Shown here: positions 63,136-64,000 of the stretch, piece after piece
How positions within the stretch are numbered: the first letter of the stretch is position 1
Layout: every line of letters begins with the position of its first letter
Source: Gekko japonicus
Taxonomy: Eukaryota
Direction: 5' to 3'
Assembly (NCBI RefSeq): GCF_001447785.1
Contig: NW_015164195.1
Coordinates: 716,603 to 780,602, forward strand
DNA: 64,000 nt
Translations under genes and position numbers: made by a program
The notes under the pieces: generated by a model
Told to the model about the DNA's origin: nothing
Database searches by the model: none
The model's input: only the letters and a program-made list of their open reading frames with translations

Positions 63136-64000
63136 ACAGTTTAGTAGTTGTATCACATGCTGAAATCTGTAAATTCCCTATGTGTGATAATTACATAGCC
63201 ATAAACGGGCTCCTGGATGAATCTGCCATTTCCAGTTTGTAAGCCTGGTATTCTGATCTCAAACGATGTCCTTTAAACAAGCTGACAGCTTCATTCTCCC
63301 ATGCTCTGGGACAGAACCTGAGCAAGCAGTCACAGGAATGCAGATACTGTGGGGAAAAGGGTGGCCCAGTGCATGCTGGGATTGTGCACAGAAATGTATT
63401 AATAGTTTGAATAACAGGAATTTGTACTACAGCCATTTATTAACTTCTGAAATAAAAAATATCTAGATATTAACAGAGCAGCAAGAATTAATACCAAGGA
63501 ACAAAAAACTTCTAAAAATTAGGTGGCCTGTATCCTGCTACTTTGCTCAGTTAATTTAGAAGACTTCCCTGTAACTGAAGTGGCTCTTCCATGGGCCCTG
63601 GCTTTTCAAAGCGTCTCTTTCAACCAGGCTTTAGACTAAAGTTTTGTTGGTTTATAAGAGAACAATTTGAAAGAGAAATTCTTCTAATCCTCCCTTCATC
63701 TGTTGCAGTTTCATGAGGAACCCATACCCTTTCAAACCTGTCTTAAGGGCTAGAACATGTTTTTGAAAACAATGACAAGAGATTCTCAGAGTGTTGGATT
63801 CATTACCAAATTTTACATTTTCTACATCTCTGTTCTTTATTTGTGCAGTGTTTCTGCCAATTTAGGCTGCAGTCCTAAGAATACTTTCCCAGGAGTACAC
63901 CTGCTTAGGGCTGCTTCCTGAATTTTCTCCAAGTGTAATAATTAATGCAATAATAATCATCTAATGTATTGAAGGTATGACTGTGAACATGGATAAAAAT

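Noticed and set aside
63205-63240. gatgaatctgcc (DESA), resembling PKP1 exon 4 (...FQDESAK)
   Set aside because: Flanking codons do not match PKP1 and there is no suitable acceptor or donor; exon 4 is probably beyond the window.
1-64000. CRISPR array or prokaryotic-type system
   Set aside because: No regularly spaced repeat-spacer array or operon structure; the sequence is vertebrate intron/intergenic DNA.

Overview
Vertebrate genomic DNA with two N-gaps. The SINE/LINE content (Squam/Sauria-type SINEs, CR1, L2, L1, Penelope) points to a squamate reptile, probably a gecko; that is inference. The window holds the 5' part of plakophilin-1 (PKP1) on the + strand: coding exon 1 (23059-23266), exon 2 (39203-39300) and exon 3 (55144-55562). 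These splice in frame with canonical GT-AG junctions; I could not find exon 4. The rest is upstream and intronic DNA dense with transposon remains: several CR1 copies (one with a 572-aa open RT frame) and an old L1 carrying nested insertions. There are also L2 fragments, tRNA- and 5S-derived SINEs, hAT MITEs with 8-bp TSDs, Harbinger-type elements, an LTR-like element and Penelope-type hairpins. Most ORFs in the supplied track are spurious or TE-derived. I found no convincing novel multi-gene system. The most interesting signals are minimal hammerhead-ribozyme cores in intronic Penelope remnants, an L1 insertion whose TSD duplicates the probable exon-3 branch point next to a perfect 54-bp hairpin, a 13-aa duplication in the PKP1 head, a MITE packed with transcription-factor motifs, and several locally templated insertions. 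TE family names come from recognising motifs, not from a database search.
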